64,000 nt of DNA from positions 704,001-768,000 of the forward strand of contig JBBCJC010000003.1 in the NCBI GenBank assembly GCA_037189525.1, given 5' to 3'. The notes beneath the pieces were generated by a model, which was not told the DNA's origin, did no database searches, and saw nothing but the letters and a program-made list of their open reading frames with translations. Source of the DNA: Gemmatimonadales bacterium. Lineage in GTDB: Bacteria; Gemmatimonadota; Gemmatimonadetes; Gemmatimonadales; GWC2-71-9. Positions 32,801 to 44,440 of this stretch are shown piece by piece (position 1 is the stretch's first letter; the number at the start of each line of letters is the position of its first letter). A program made the position numbers and the translations under genes.

Positions 32801-32845
32801 TAGGCGGCGTAGCTAGATTACTGGCTGCGCCGCCTAAGTGTTTTT
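32801..32845 (+). terminator. Long hairpin, probable terminator between fabF and mqnE
   Basis: TAGGCGGCGTAGCTAG-ATTA-CTGGCTGCGCCGCCTA forms 16 bp with 2 G-U pairs, followed by AGTGTTTTT. Confidence 0.65.
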
Positions 32846-32861
32846 GGTGACAGGAGATAGC

Positions 32862-34040
32862 ATGGTCGATGCCCCCAACCCAGCCCGGTTTCGTGATCCG
32901 GCGCTCCGGCCCATCGCGGAGAAGGTCCTTGCCGGCCAGCGGCTGACGCCCGCCGACGGAATTGCGCTCTACGAGACAGGCGATATTCTGAGCCTGGGTG
33001 GCCTGGCCGATTGGGCCAATCGCCGCAAGAACGGCGACCGGGTCTATTTCTCGGCCAATCAGCATATCAATCCCACCAACGTCTGCATCCTGCGGAACAC
33101 CTGCACCTTCTGCTCCTTTGCGCGGATGCCGAAGGAAGACGGGGCCTACACCCGGTCGCTCGACGAGGTTTATCACGAAGCTGCTCAGCCGACGGTGCCG
33201 CCAACCCGCGAGTTTCACATCGTGGGCGGGCTCCATCCCAAGCTCAAGCTCGAGTATTACGCCGAGATGTTCCGCGGGCTCAAGGAGCGGCATCCGGAGG
33301 TGCACATCAAAGGATTGACCGCCGTCGAGATTGCGCACCTTGCGCGCATCGAAAAGACCTCGATCGACGACGTGCTGCGCCGCCTCAAGGAGGCCGGCCT
33401 CGATACCATGCCGGGCGGCGGCGCCGAGGTATTCAGCACCGCGGTCCGGGCCTCGATTGCCGAGCGGAAGTTGACCGGGCAAGAGTGGGTCGAGGTTCAC
33501 CGGGCTGCGCACCGGATGGGCATTCGCTCGAACTCCACCATGCTCTACGGTCACGTCGAAACGGCAGCGGATCGGGTCGAACACCTGGGGATGTTGCGAG
33601 ATCTACAGGATGAAACCGGCGGCTTTCTCACCTTCATCCCGCTGGCGTATCACCCCGATCACAACGAACTCGGTGAAGAGCTCGATCGGACCGGATCGGC
33701 CACCACGGGATATGAAGATCTCAAGAACATCGCCGTGGCCCGGTTGTTCCTGGACAACTTTGATCACATCAAGACCCATTGGCCGATGGTGACGCCGTTC
33801 ATGTCGCAGGTGGTGCTCGATTTCGGCTGCGACGATGTCGAAGGCACCGTCGTCTATGAGCGCGTCTACCACGAAGCGGGAGCCCGGACCCAGATGCACC
33901 TGCCGTATCACGGGCTGGTGGAGCTGATCCGGGGAGCGGGCAAGCGCCCGGTCGAGCGCGATAGCTTCTACCAGTCGGTGCGGGAAGTGTTCGACGACCT
34001 TCCGGTGTCCGGCGGTCAGCCGGTCACCCATGCGGCCTGA
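32862..34040 (+). CDS. mqnE: Aminofutalosine synthase (radical SAM)
   Basis: HINPTNVC..., FHIVGGLHP, MPGGGAE, TMLYGHVE, FIPLAY and DNFDHIK motifs; SD AGGAG; adjacent to mqnA and mqnC. Confidence 0.88.
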   Translation: MVDAPNPARFRDPALRPIAEKVLAGQRLTPADGIALYETGDILSLGGLADWANRRKNGDRVYFSANQHINPTNVCILRNTCTFCSFARMPKEDGAYTRSLDEVYHEAAQPTVPPTREFHIVGGLHPKLKLEYYAEMFRGLKERHPEVHIKGLTAVEIAHLARIEKTSIDDVLRRLKEAGLDTMPGGGAEVFSTAVRASIAERKLTGQEWVEVHRAAHRMGIRSNSTMLYGHVETAADRVEHLGMLRDLQDETGGFLTFIPLAYHPDHNELGEELDRTGSATTGYEDLKNIAVARLFLDNFDHIKTHWPMVTPFMSQVVLDFGCDDVEGTVVYERVYHEAGARTQMHLPYHGLVELIRGAGKRPVERDSFYQSVREVFDDLPVSGGQPVTHAA

Positions 34041-34046
34041 TCATCG

Positions 34047-34904
34047 ATGACCGGTCTTCCTCTGACATCGGCGCGATCGGGGATTCGTCTCGGGCGGATT
34101 CCCTGGATCAATTGTTATCCGATCTACACCGGTATCGATCGCGGCGTGGTACCGATCGATGCGGACCTGGTGAGCGGCACGGCGGCCGAGCTCAACGATT
34201 TGCTGGCCGCCGGGGAACTCCAGGTCAGCGTCATTTCCGCGGTCGAGTATGCCCGGGATGCCGCGGCGTATCATCTGCTGCCGGACCTGGCCATCAGCTG
34301 CGACGGTCCGGTGCGCAGCGTCGCGCTCTTCAGCCGCCGGCCGGTCCACGAGTTGGACGGGGCGACCGTGCTGCGCACCGCGTCGTCACGCACGTCGTCG
34401 CTGCTGCTCGAAGTCCTCTGCCGTCATCGTTGGCGGGTCCGGCCAAAGTTCGCGACCGTGCGCGCCGAGCCGAACGACCTCGACGTGCTCTCGGGGTTTC
34501 CCCATGAGGCGGTCCTGGTGATCGGTGATGCCTGTCTGATGCTGGCCGATCAGGCTCGCTATCCCTACATGATCGATCTGGGGCAGGCGTGGAAGGACTG
34601 GACCGGGTTGCCCTTTGTCTTTGCGGTCTGGGCTGCCCGCCGCGAAGCGGACCGCGGCGCGGTGCAGCGGGTCCATGAGAGTCTGCTGGCGTCGCGAGCG
34701 TGGGGACTGACTCGGCTCGATGAACTGGCCGACCTCGCATCGTCGGCCACCGGCGTCGATCGTCGGGTGACTCGGGAGTATCTGGGCGATCTCGACTATG
34801 CGCTGTCGTACCGCCACCTGGCGGGCCTGACGGACTTCTTCCGTCGGCTGGCTCAGGACGGATTGGTGCCGGACGGCTCGCTCTCGTTCATCAGTGCGGC
34901 CTGA
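34047..34904 (+). CDS. mqnA: Chorismate dehydratase
   Basis: RLGRIPWIN, I..DGPVRSV, SRTS, LVIGD and WKDWTGLPFVFAVW motifs. Confidence 0.9.
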   Translation: MTGLPLTSARSGIRLGRIPWINCYPIYTGIDRGVVPIDADLVSGTAAELNDLLAAGELQVSVISAVEYARDAAAYHLLPDLAISCDGPVRSVALFSRRPVHELDGATVLRTASSRTSSLLLEVLCRHRWRVRPKFATVRAEPNDLDVLSGFPHEAVLVIGDACLMLADQARYPYMIDLGQAWKDWTGLPFVFAVWAARREADRGAVQRVHESLLASRAWGLTRLDELADLASSATGVDRRVTREYLGDLDYALSYRHLAGLTDFFRRLAQDGLVPDGSLSFISAA

Positions 34905-34940
34905 CCCGATGCGGGTGGCCGGTGCGAAAGGAGGTTTGCG

Positions 34941-36005
34941 ATGATGGTCGATCGCAATTCAGCGGAGTTCAAGAGCTATCTCGAACTCTACGAAAAGGCT
35001 CCGTTGCTCGAACTCGGCCGGCTGGCCGACACGGAGCGCTATCGGCACCATCCCGAAGAGGTGGTGACCTACATCGTCGATCGCAACATCAACTACACCA
35101 ACGTCTGCGTCGCCGATTGCAAGTTCTGCGCGTTCTACCGCCGGCCCAAAGACAATGAAGGGTATGTCCTCCCGTTCGAAAAGATCGGGGAGAAGATCGA
35201 CGAGTGTAAGGCCGTCGGCGGGGTGCAGATCCTCCTGCAAGGTGGGCATAACCCGTACATCCCCTTCGAGTGGTACCTCGAGTTGATGCGCTATATCAAG
35301 CGCCATCATCCGATTCACATCCACGGGTTTTCGCCGTCGGAGGTGGTTTTCTTCAGCGAGCGGTTCCGGATGCCGGTGGCCGACGTCGTCCGGGAACTCA
35401 AAGCCGCCGGGCTCGACAGTATTCCGGGCGGGGGCGGTGAAATCCTGGTCGACGAGATCCGCCAGCAGGTGGCCAAGAAGAAGGCGCAGACCGACGAGTG
35501 GCTTGGTGTGCAGGAGGAAGCTCACCGTCAGGGCATGAAGACCTCGGTCACCATGATGTACGGACTCGGCGAAACGGCCGCCGACCGGATCGAGCATCTG
35601 TTCCGCGTCCGCGAAGTGCAGCGCCGGACCGGAGGCTTTACCGCGTTCATCTGCTGGCCGCTGCAACCCGATGGCACCGCACTGTCTCACCTGGCCAAGA
35701 CGGATGCCGTGTCCTACCTGCGCACCCTCGCAATGGGGCGCATCATCCTCGACAACGTGCCCAACCTGCAGTCGTCGTGGGTGACCATGGGGCTCAAGGT
35801 CGGGCAGGTGGCGTTGCGGTTCGGCGCGAACGATTTCGGCAGCCTGATGATGGAAGAAAATGTGGTATCGTCTGCCGGAACCACCTACCGCGCGACGTTG
35901 CGGGAAATGGAGCGGGCCATCACCGATGCCGGCTATCGAGCCCTCCGCCGGCGGCAGGACTATTCGATCATTCCGCCGGCAGAGTTGGTCGGAACCGCGG
36001 CCTGA
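34941..36005 (+). CDS. mqnC: Cyclic dehypoxanthine futalosine synthase (radical SAM)
   Basis: DRNINYTNVCVADCKFC, QILLQGG, QSSWVT and GANDFGSLMMEENVV motifs. Confidence 0.93.
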   Translation: MMVDRNSAEFKSYLELYEKAPLLELGRLADTERYRHHPEEVVTYIVDRNINYTNVCVADCKFCAFYRRPKDNEGYVLPFEKIGEKIDECKAVGGVQILLQGGHNPYIPFEWYLELMRYIKRHHPIHIHGFSPSEVVFFSERFRMPVADVVRELKAAGLDSIPGGGGEILVDEIRQQVAKKKAQTDEWLGVQEEAHRQGMKTSVTMMYGLGETAADRIEHLFRVREVQRRTGGFTAFICWPLQPDGTALSHLAKTDAVSYLRTLAMGRIILDNVPNLQSSWVTMGLKVGQVALRFGANDFGSLMMEENVVSSAGTTYRATLREMERAITDAGYRALRRRQDYSIIPPAELVGTAA

Positions 36006-36031
36006 GCGAATCGGAGTTACGGCGAGGCGCC

Positions 36032-36511
36032 ATGGTGCGTGTCGGGTTCGGGTACGACTCCCATCGCTTCGTCGATGGACGGCCGCTGTTGCTCGCCGGG
36101 CAACGGATACCGTTTCCGTCCGGCCTGGCCGGTCATTCCGATGCCGACGCCGTAGCCCACGCAGTCATCGATGCGCTGCTGGGTGCGGCCGGTCTCGGCG
36201 ATATCGGAACGCTCTTTCCGGACACCGATCCGGCGTGGCGTGACGCCGACTCGATGCGCCTGCTCGACGACGTGGTTCGCCGGCTGCGCACAGCCGGGTG
36301 GGTGCCCGGGAACGTCGACGTCACCGTCGTGCTCGAAGCCCCCAAACTCGGCCCGTTCAAAGCGGCCATGGCAGAAGCGCTTGCCAGCCGGCTCGGCATT
36401 CCGGCGGCGCAGGTCGGCGTCAAGGCAAAGACCAACGAAGGCATGGGATTCATCGGACGTGGAGAAGGCGTGGCGGTCATGGCCGTCGCGACGGTGACGC
36501 CCGAGCGATGA
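36032..36511 (+). CDS. ispF: 2-C-methyl-D-erythritol 2,4-cyclodiphosphate synthase
   Basis: RVGFGYDSH, GHSDAD, GDIG.LFPD and KAKTNEG motifs. Confidence 0.96.
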   Translation: MVRVGFGYDSHRFVDGRPLLLAGQRIPFPSGLAGHSDADAVAHAVIDALLGAAGLGDIGTLFPDTDPAWRDADSMRLLDDVVRRLRTAGWVPGNVDVTVVLEAPKLGPFKAAMAEALASRLGIPAAQVGVKAKTNEGMGFIGRGEGVAVMAVATVTPER

Positions 36512-37125
36512 TCGAATCGATCCTGCAGTCCATTGCCGGGTGGCCCACCCTCGTCGTCTACGGGCTCGTGGCCCTGTCCTGCTTCGTCGAAAATTTCTTT
36601 CCGCCCGCGCCGTCCGACCTCTTCGTCGCGCTCGCAGGATTCCTCTCCTACGACGGACGATACGATCCCGTCACCATTTTCCTGATGGCCTGGGGCGGTG
36701 GCATGGCGGGCGCCGCCGCCGTGTACTACCTGGTGCGCAAATACGGCGATCGGTTCGTCGAATCGCGCGTCGGGCGGATCCTGTTGCCTCCGGACGCGAT
36801 GGCCTTCCTGCTGAAAGAGTACGGCCGCTACGGCATGGTCGGTCTCTTCATCACCCGATTGCTGCCGGGCTTCCGGTCCGTCGTAGCGCCGTTTGGCGGG
36901 CTCAACCGGCTCCCGGCCTGGGTCATTCTGGTGCCGGTCGCGCTGGCCAACGCCGTTTGGTACGCACTGATCACCTGGATCGGTACCCGGATCGGCGACG
37001 AGTGGGAAACGGTGGTCCGCGTCATCAATCGCCTGACCCAGACGCTCGGTGTGGTCGCGGTGGTGATTGCGGTCATCCTGGCCGTGGGCTTTGCGCTCTG
37101 GCGCCGCCGGCGCAAAGCGTCGTGA
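36508..37125 (+). CDS. DedA family membrane protein
   Basis: ENFFPPAPSD and FITRLLPGFRS motifs. Confidence 0.88.
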   Translation: MIESILQSIAGWPTLVVYGLVALSCFVENFFPPAPSDLFVALAGFLSYDGRYDPVTIFLMAWGGGMAGAAAVYYLVRKYGDRFVESRVGRILLPPDAMAFLLKEYGRYGMVGLFITRLLPGFRSVVAPFGGLNRLPAWVILVPVALANAVWYALITWIGTRIGDEWETVVRVINRLTQTLGVVAVVIAVILAVGFALWRRRRKAS

Positions 37126-38027
37126 ACGACGCCCTCGAGCGAACCTTCGGGCTCGAGGGCTTTCGGGACTACCTCGCCCTCGAGGCGGGGTCCAGCCCTC
37201 ACACCGTCGACAACTATCTGCGCGATCTCCGTCATCTGGTCCACTTCCTGGCCGGGCAGGGTGTCGTGACGCTGGCGGCCGTGACGCGGGTCCATCTGCG
37301 CGAGTTCGTCTTTGCGCTCAAAGACACCGGGGCGAGTCCCGCGACGATCCGCCGTCATGTCTCGGCCATCCACACCTACTACGGTTTCCTGATCGGCGAG
37401 GGAACGGTCACCGAGGATCCCAGTGATCGCCTCGAGACGCCGCGTCGAGGGCGCAAGCTGCCCACGGTGCTGTCGGTCAGCCAGATCGAGGCGTTGCTGG
37501 CCGCCCCGGGTCTCGACGAGCCGATGGCCTGGCGAGACCGGGCGCTGCTGGAACTCGGCTACGGAGCTGGCGCCCGCGTCTCTGAGCTGGTCGGACTCGG
37601 TCTCGAGGATCTGCTCTTGTCGGATCAGTTGATTCGGGTCGTCGGCAAGGGAAACAAACAGCGGCTGATTCCGATCGGCCGGAAAACGGTGGCGGCGGTA
37701 TCGGTCTATCTGAATGCGCTCCGGCCCAGCCTGGACCGTGGGCGGACCCAGGGTAGGGTCCTTCTCAATGCCCGAGGCCAGCCGCTCAGCCGGGTCGGGG
37801 CCTGGGGTGTCGTGAAACAGGCGGCGGCGCGGGCGGGCATTGCCCAGCGGGTTACGCCCCACATCCTGCGCCACAGTTTTGCGACGCATCTGCTCGAGGG
37901 CGGGGCCGATCTTCGGGCCGTCCAGGAGATGCTGGGGCACGCCGATCTGACCACGACGCAGATCTATACCCACGTCGACCGCGAGTATCTGCGGACGGTC
38001 CACCGCCAGTTCCACCCCCGGGGGTAG
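37122..38027 (+). CDS. xerD: Tyrosine recombinase XerD
   Basis: SPHTVDNYLRDL, RDRALLEL.Y..GARVSE, GKGNKQR, HILRHSFATHLLEGGADLR, LGHA..TTQIYTHV, C-terminal HPR. No mobile-element context. Confidence 0.9.
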   Translation: MNDALERTFGLEGFRDYLALEAGSSPHTVDNYLRDLRHLVHFLAGQGVVTLAAVTRVHLREFVFALKDTGASPATIRRHVSAIHTYYGFLIGEGTVTEDPSDRLETPRRGRKLPTVLSVSQIEALLAAPGLDEPMAWRDRALLELGYGAGARVSELVGLGLEDLLLSDQLIRVVGKGNKQRLIPIGRKTVAAVSVYLNALRPSLDRGRTQGRVLLNARGQPLSRVGAWGVVKQAAARAGIAQRVTPHILRHSFATHLLEGGADLRAVQEMLGHADLTTTQIYTHVDREYLRTVHRQFHPRG

Positions 38028-38049
38028 CGGGCGGGGCCGGGGGGAGCTG

Positions 38050-38077
38050 TGAAACTTCCCGGCATTGCGCTACGTTA
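38050..38077 (+). promoter_or_regulatory. Putative ECF-sigma promoter
   Basis: TGAAAC-17 bp-CGTTA, about 60 nt upstream of ATG 38137; matches the AAC/CGT pattern of ECF promoters. Confidence 0.5.
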
Positions 38078-38136
38078 CATAAAGCAACAGCAACCCCTCA
38101 CCATCCGGTCCTTCGGGGACAGGGAGGTTTGGTCGT

Positions 38137-38940
38137 ATGAACATGCAGGGATACTGGCTCAAGATCGCCGCCAAGGCACTGATCATTTTCGCCGTCGGAT
38201 ATGGCGTGATCAGCGCCGTTCGGGCCGGGAAGCGCGAGGTCGTGCGGGTGGTGGAGACGTCGGCCGACGTCACCGTTCCGTTGCCGTTTGTGCCCTTCAG
38301 CTTTGACGGGGCGCGGGCAGGCACCTTCCGGAACGCCGTTTTCCATCGGAGCGCGCCCAACCAGATCGAGGGAATCGACGTCACCGTCCGGCTCTCGGAT
38401 CTGGCGCTGTTGAGCCGCCTGGAGGGGTGCCATGCCACGGTGGATGACCCGACCCGGCTTAACGAGCGGAGCAGCTTCCGCTGCGTCTCGATGGACAGCA
38501 GCATGCAGGAGTTCGGGAAGATCCTGATCGAAACCCGTGGCACCGATGGCAAGTGGGTCGAGGCGCAGGCCGTGCCGCTGGTGCTGCCTCGGCAGGTGGC
38601 GCAGGATATCCAGAACCGGCCGATCAACACCAAGTCTGCCGCGCGGTACGACGCCCGCCGGATGCGGCAGCTGGGCGACAGCATGCGGATCCTGGGCCGC
38701 GAACTGGGCCGGGCGCAGGACGAGGCCGAGCGGATTGCCCTCACGACCCGGATCGAGGCGCTCCAGACCGAGATGACCGAGTTGACCACGGCCATTACCG
38801 AGGCGGCGATGGAAGAGGCGATGGCGCGGACCAATGCGGCGGTGGCGGCAGGGGCCGCTGCGGCCGCTGCGGCCGCGGCCGGGACCAAGGTAGTTCGGGT
38901 CGAGGTGCCGGGGAAGAAGGTCGAAATCTCGACGCCGTAG
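38137..38940 (+). CDS. Hypothetical protein with N-terminal membrane anchor and C-terminal coiled-coil/Ala-rich tail
   Basis: Strong SD GGGAGG; host-like codon usage; own promoter-like site and terminator hairpin. Confidence 0.75.
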   Translation: MNMQGYWLKIAAKALIIFAVGYGVISAVRAGKREVVRVVETSADVTVPLPFVPFSFDGARAGTFRNAVFHRSAPNQIEGIDVTVRLSDLALLSRLEGCHATVDDPTRLNERSSFRCVSMDSSMQEFGKILIETRGTDGKWVEAQAVPLVLPRQVAQDIQNRPINTKSAARYDARRMRQLGDSMRILGRELGRAQDEAERIALTTRIEALQTEMTELTTAITEAAMEEAMARTNAAVAAGAAAAAAAAAGTKVVRVEVPGKKVEISTP

Positions 38941-38946
38941 CAAGCG

Positions 38947-38971
38947 CAGGACGGGCGATTTTCCCGTCCTG
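38947..38971 (+). terminator. Hairpin terminator after the hypothetical gene
   Basis: CAGGACGGG-CGATTTT-CCCGTCCTG, a 9-bp perfect stem followed by pyrimidine-rich sequence. Confidence 0.55.
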
Positions 38972-39046
38972 GATCTTGCTTCTAACCCATTGATTCGCTA
39001 TATTTTAGCGAATTTTCACCAGCAGATTTCTCGCGCGGCACGACTT

Positions 39047-39075
39047 TTGACAACGGTCGGCCGCGCTCTTACTTT
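39047..39075 (+). promoter_or_regulatory. Sigma70 promoter of the kdsB operon
   Basis: TTGACA-17 bp-TACTTT, ending 7 nt before the kdsB ATG. Confidence 0.75.
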
Positions 39076-39082
39076 GTGAACC

Positions 39083-42317
<3,235 letters not shown>

Positions 42318-42318
42318 C

Positions 42319-42867
42319 ATGATCGATCCGTCGCTGGCTCGGCAGATTCGGCTCTTGGTTCTCGATGTCGACGGCGTGCTGACCGACAACGCGATCTATC
42401 TCGGTCCGGTCGATGGCCGCCGCGTCGAGCTCAAGCAGTTCGATGTGCAGGATGGGTTGGGAATGGTCCTGCTGCGGGAGACGGACATTGCCGTGGCATG
42501 GCTGAGCGGCCGCCATTCGGAGGCAACCACGCTCCGTGCGCAGGAACTGAAGATCCCGATCCTGGTGCAGGATTCGGGCGCGCGCAAGGTGCCGGCGCTC
42601 ACGGCCATGCTGGCGGAGTTGAAGCTCGACTGGTCCCAGGCTGCGTTCGTGGGCGATGATCTGGCCGACATCGGTGTGATGGAGCGGGTCGGATTACCGA
42701 TTGCGGTGGCCAACGCCGTCGACGAGATCAAGCAGACGGCGCGTTGGGTCACCAGCCGTCCCGGAGGGCGGGGGGCGGTGCGCGAAGTGGTCGAGGCGCT
42801 GCTGCGGGCCCGGGGCGAGTGGGATGCGGTGCTGATGCGGTATCGGGCTGCGCGGGAGGCGGAGTGA
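42319..42867 (+). CDS. kdsC: KDO8P phosphatase (HAD)
   Basis: LDVDGVLTD, FDVQDG, VGDD..D and GGRGAVRE motifs. Confidence 0.93.
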   Translation: MIDPSLARQIRLLVLDVDGVLTDNAIYLGPVDGRRVELKQFDVQDGLGMVLLRETDIAVAWLSGRHSEATTLRAQELKIPILVQDSGARKVPALTAMLAELKLDWSQAAFVGDDLADIGVMERVGLPIAVANAVDEIKQTARWVTSRPGGRGAVREVVEALLRARGEWDAVLMRYRAAREAE

Positions 42868-43835
42868 CCGAGGCGGATGTCGCGGCCAGCAGCGTCGCCG
42901 GGGGCAGGCGGGTCCTGCTGCTGGAGGCTGATGCGGTCCGCCGAGTGGCGGAACGGCTCGATCAGCGGTTTGCGGCGGCCGTCGCCTTGTTGCTGGCGAC
43001 GCAGGGACGGGTCGTGGTGTCGGGGGTTGGCAAATCGGGTCTGGTCGGACGCAAGATCGCGGCGACGCTGACCTCGACTGGCACGCCCGCGCACTACCTG
43101 CATCCGACCGACAGTCTCCATGGCGACCTGGGGATCATTGGTTCCGGAGACGCCGCCATCCTGCTCAGCAAGAGCGGGGAGACGGAGGAGTTGTTCGGGC
43201 TCCTGGAGGTGTTGGAGCGGCGAGCGGTTCCGATCGTGGCGATTACCGGCGGGATGCAATCGACGCTGGCCCGCGCTGCGACCGTCGTGCTCGACGCCGG
43301 GGTGTCCGAGGAAGCGTGCCCGCACGATCTGGCGCCGACCGCCAGTACCACGGTGGCGCTGGCGCTGGGCGACGCGTTGGCGGTGACGCTGCTCGAGGCC
43401 AAGGGGTTCTCGCGCGACGCGTTTGCCTCGCTCCATCCTGGCGGACGGTTGGGGCGGAAGCTGCTCCTCCGCGTGGCCGATGTGATGTCGCCGGCGGGAG
43501 ATTCGCTCCGGCCGACCGACCGGATGGGGCGCGCTGCGGAGCTGCTGGCCCATCAGCGCGGCATTGCGGCGGTGGTGCGTGAGGGACGCTTGGTCGGCGT
43601 GCTGACCGCCGGCGATCTGTCCCGCCTGGCGGGCAGCGACGAGCGGTACTGGGAGCGCGAGGTCGGGCTCGTGATGACGACCGAGCCCAAGACGACGACG
43701 GCGCAGGAGTTGGGCGCGGCAGCGGTCGGTATCATGGAGCGCCACGGGATCATGGCGCTTCCGGTGGTCGACGAGGCGGGCGGACTGGCGGGTATGGTTC
43801 ATCTGCACGATCTGATGAGGGCAGGCGCAGTATGA
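42864..43835 (+). CDS. kdsD: Arabinose-5-phosphate isomerase (KpsF/GutQ family)
   Basis: GVGKSG, HGDLG, APTAST and HPGGRLG motifs, with CBS domains. Confidence 0.94.
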   Translation: MTEADVAASSVAGGRRVLLLEADAVRRVAERLDQRFAAAVALLLATQGRVVVSGVGKSGLVGRKIAATLTSTGTPAHYLHPTDSLHGDLGIIGSGDAAILLSKSGETEELFGLLEVLERRAVPIVAITGGMQSTLARAATVVLDAGVSEEACPHDLAPTASTTVALALGDALAVTLLEAKGFSRDAFASLHPGGRLGRKLLLRVADVMSPAGDSLRPTDRMGRAAELLAHQRGIAAVVREGRLVGVLTAGDLSRLAGSDERYWEREVGLVMTTEPKTTTAQELGAAAVGIMERHGIMALPVVDEAGGLAGMVHLHDLMRAGAV

Positions 43836-44440
43836 TCGGAGCTCGAAACGACAATCGTCAGGTGCGTATCGGATGGCCCGGTTTGGCGGCAGCCGCGCTC
43901 GTTGCGTTGGGCGCGGCCGCCTGCCAGTCGACCGGCATCCGGGCAACCCAGACGGTGCAGGTGGCCGACAGCTCCGATCAGTTCATGACCAAGATGACGA
44001 CCAACATGGTCGAGAACGGCGTCCGGACCGGCTACGTGTACGCCGAGTCGGCCTACGTGTATCAGATGGCCCAGCGGATGGACCTGCGCCAGATGCGGGT
44101 GCTCTTCTTCGAAGACGGCAAGCAGACGTCGGTACTGACGGCCGAGCAGGGGGATTACAACATCGGCAACGGGTCGCTCGATGCGCGGGGCAACGTGCGG
44201 ATCGAATCGACCGACGGCCGGCGGCTCACCACCCCGCATCTGATCTACGACCGAACGCTGCTCCAGCTCCGCAGCGACACGATCTTCGTCTACGATTCTC
44301 GGGGAGAGCGTCTCACCGGGAAGAGCTTCACCTCGGACCTCGAATTCAAGAACGTGCGGATCGTCGAGCCCAAGGGCGTCCAGCGGCGCGGCGGATTCGA
44401 CCTGCCGGGACAGAAGCCCGACAGCGGAGCTGCGCCATGA
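43832..44440 (+). CDS. lptC: LPS export periplasmic protein LptC (lipoprotein-like signal AAAC)
   Basis: Position after kdsD; beta-jellyroll pattern LTAEQGDY..GNVRI..GRRLTT..L.YD. Confidence 0.8.
   Translation: MIGARNDNRQVRIGWPGLAAAALVALGAAACQSTGIRATQTVQVADSSDQFMTKMTTNMVENGVRTGYVYAESAYVYQMAQRMDLRQMRVLFFEDGKQTSVLTAEQGDYNIGNGSLDARGNVRIESTDGRRLTTPHLIYDRTLLQLRSDTIFVYDSRGERLTGKSFTSDLEFKNVRIVEPKGVQRRGGFDLPGQKPDSGAAP

Noticed and set aside
37122..38027. Phage or island integrase
   Set aside because: Length and motifs fit housekeeping XerD, it is embedded in a core operon, and no att sites or mobile cargo are adjacent.
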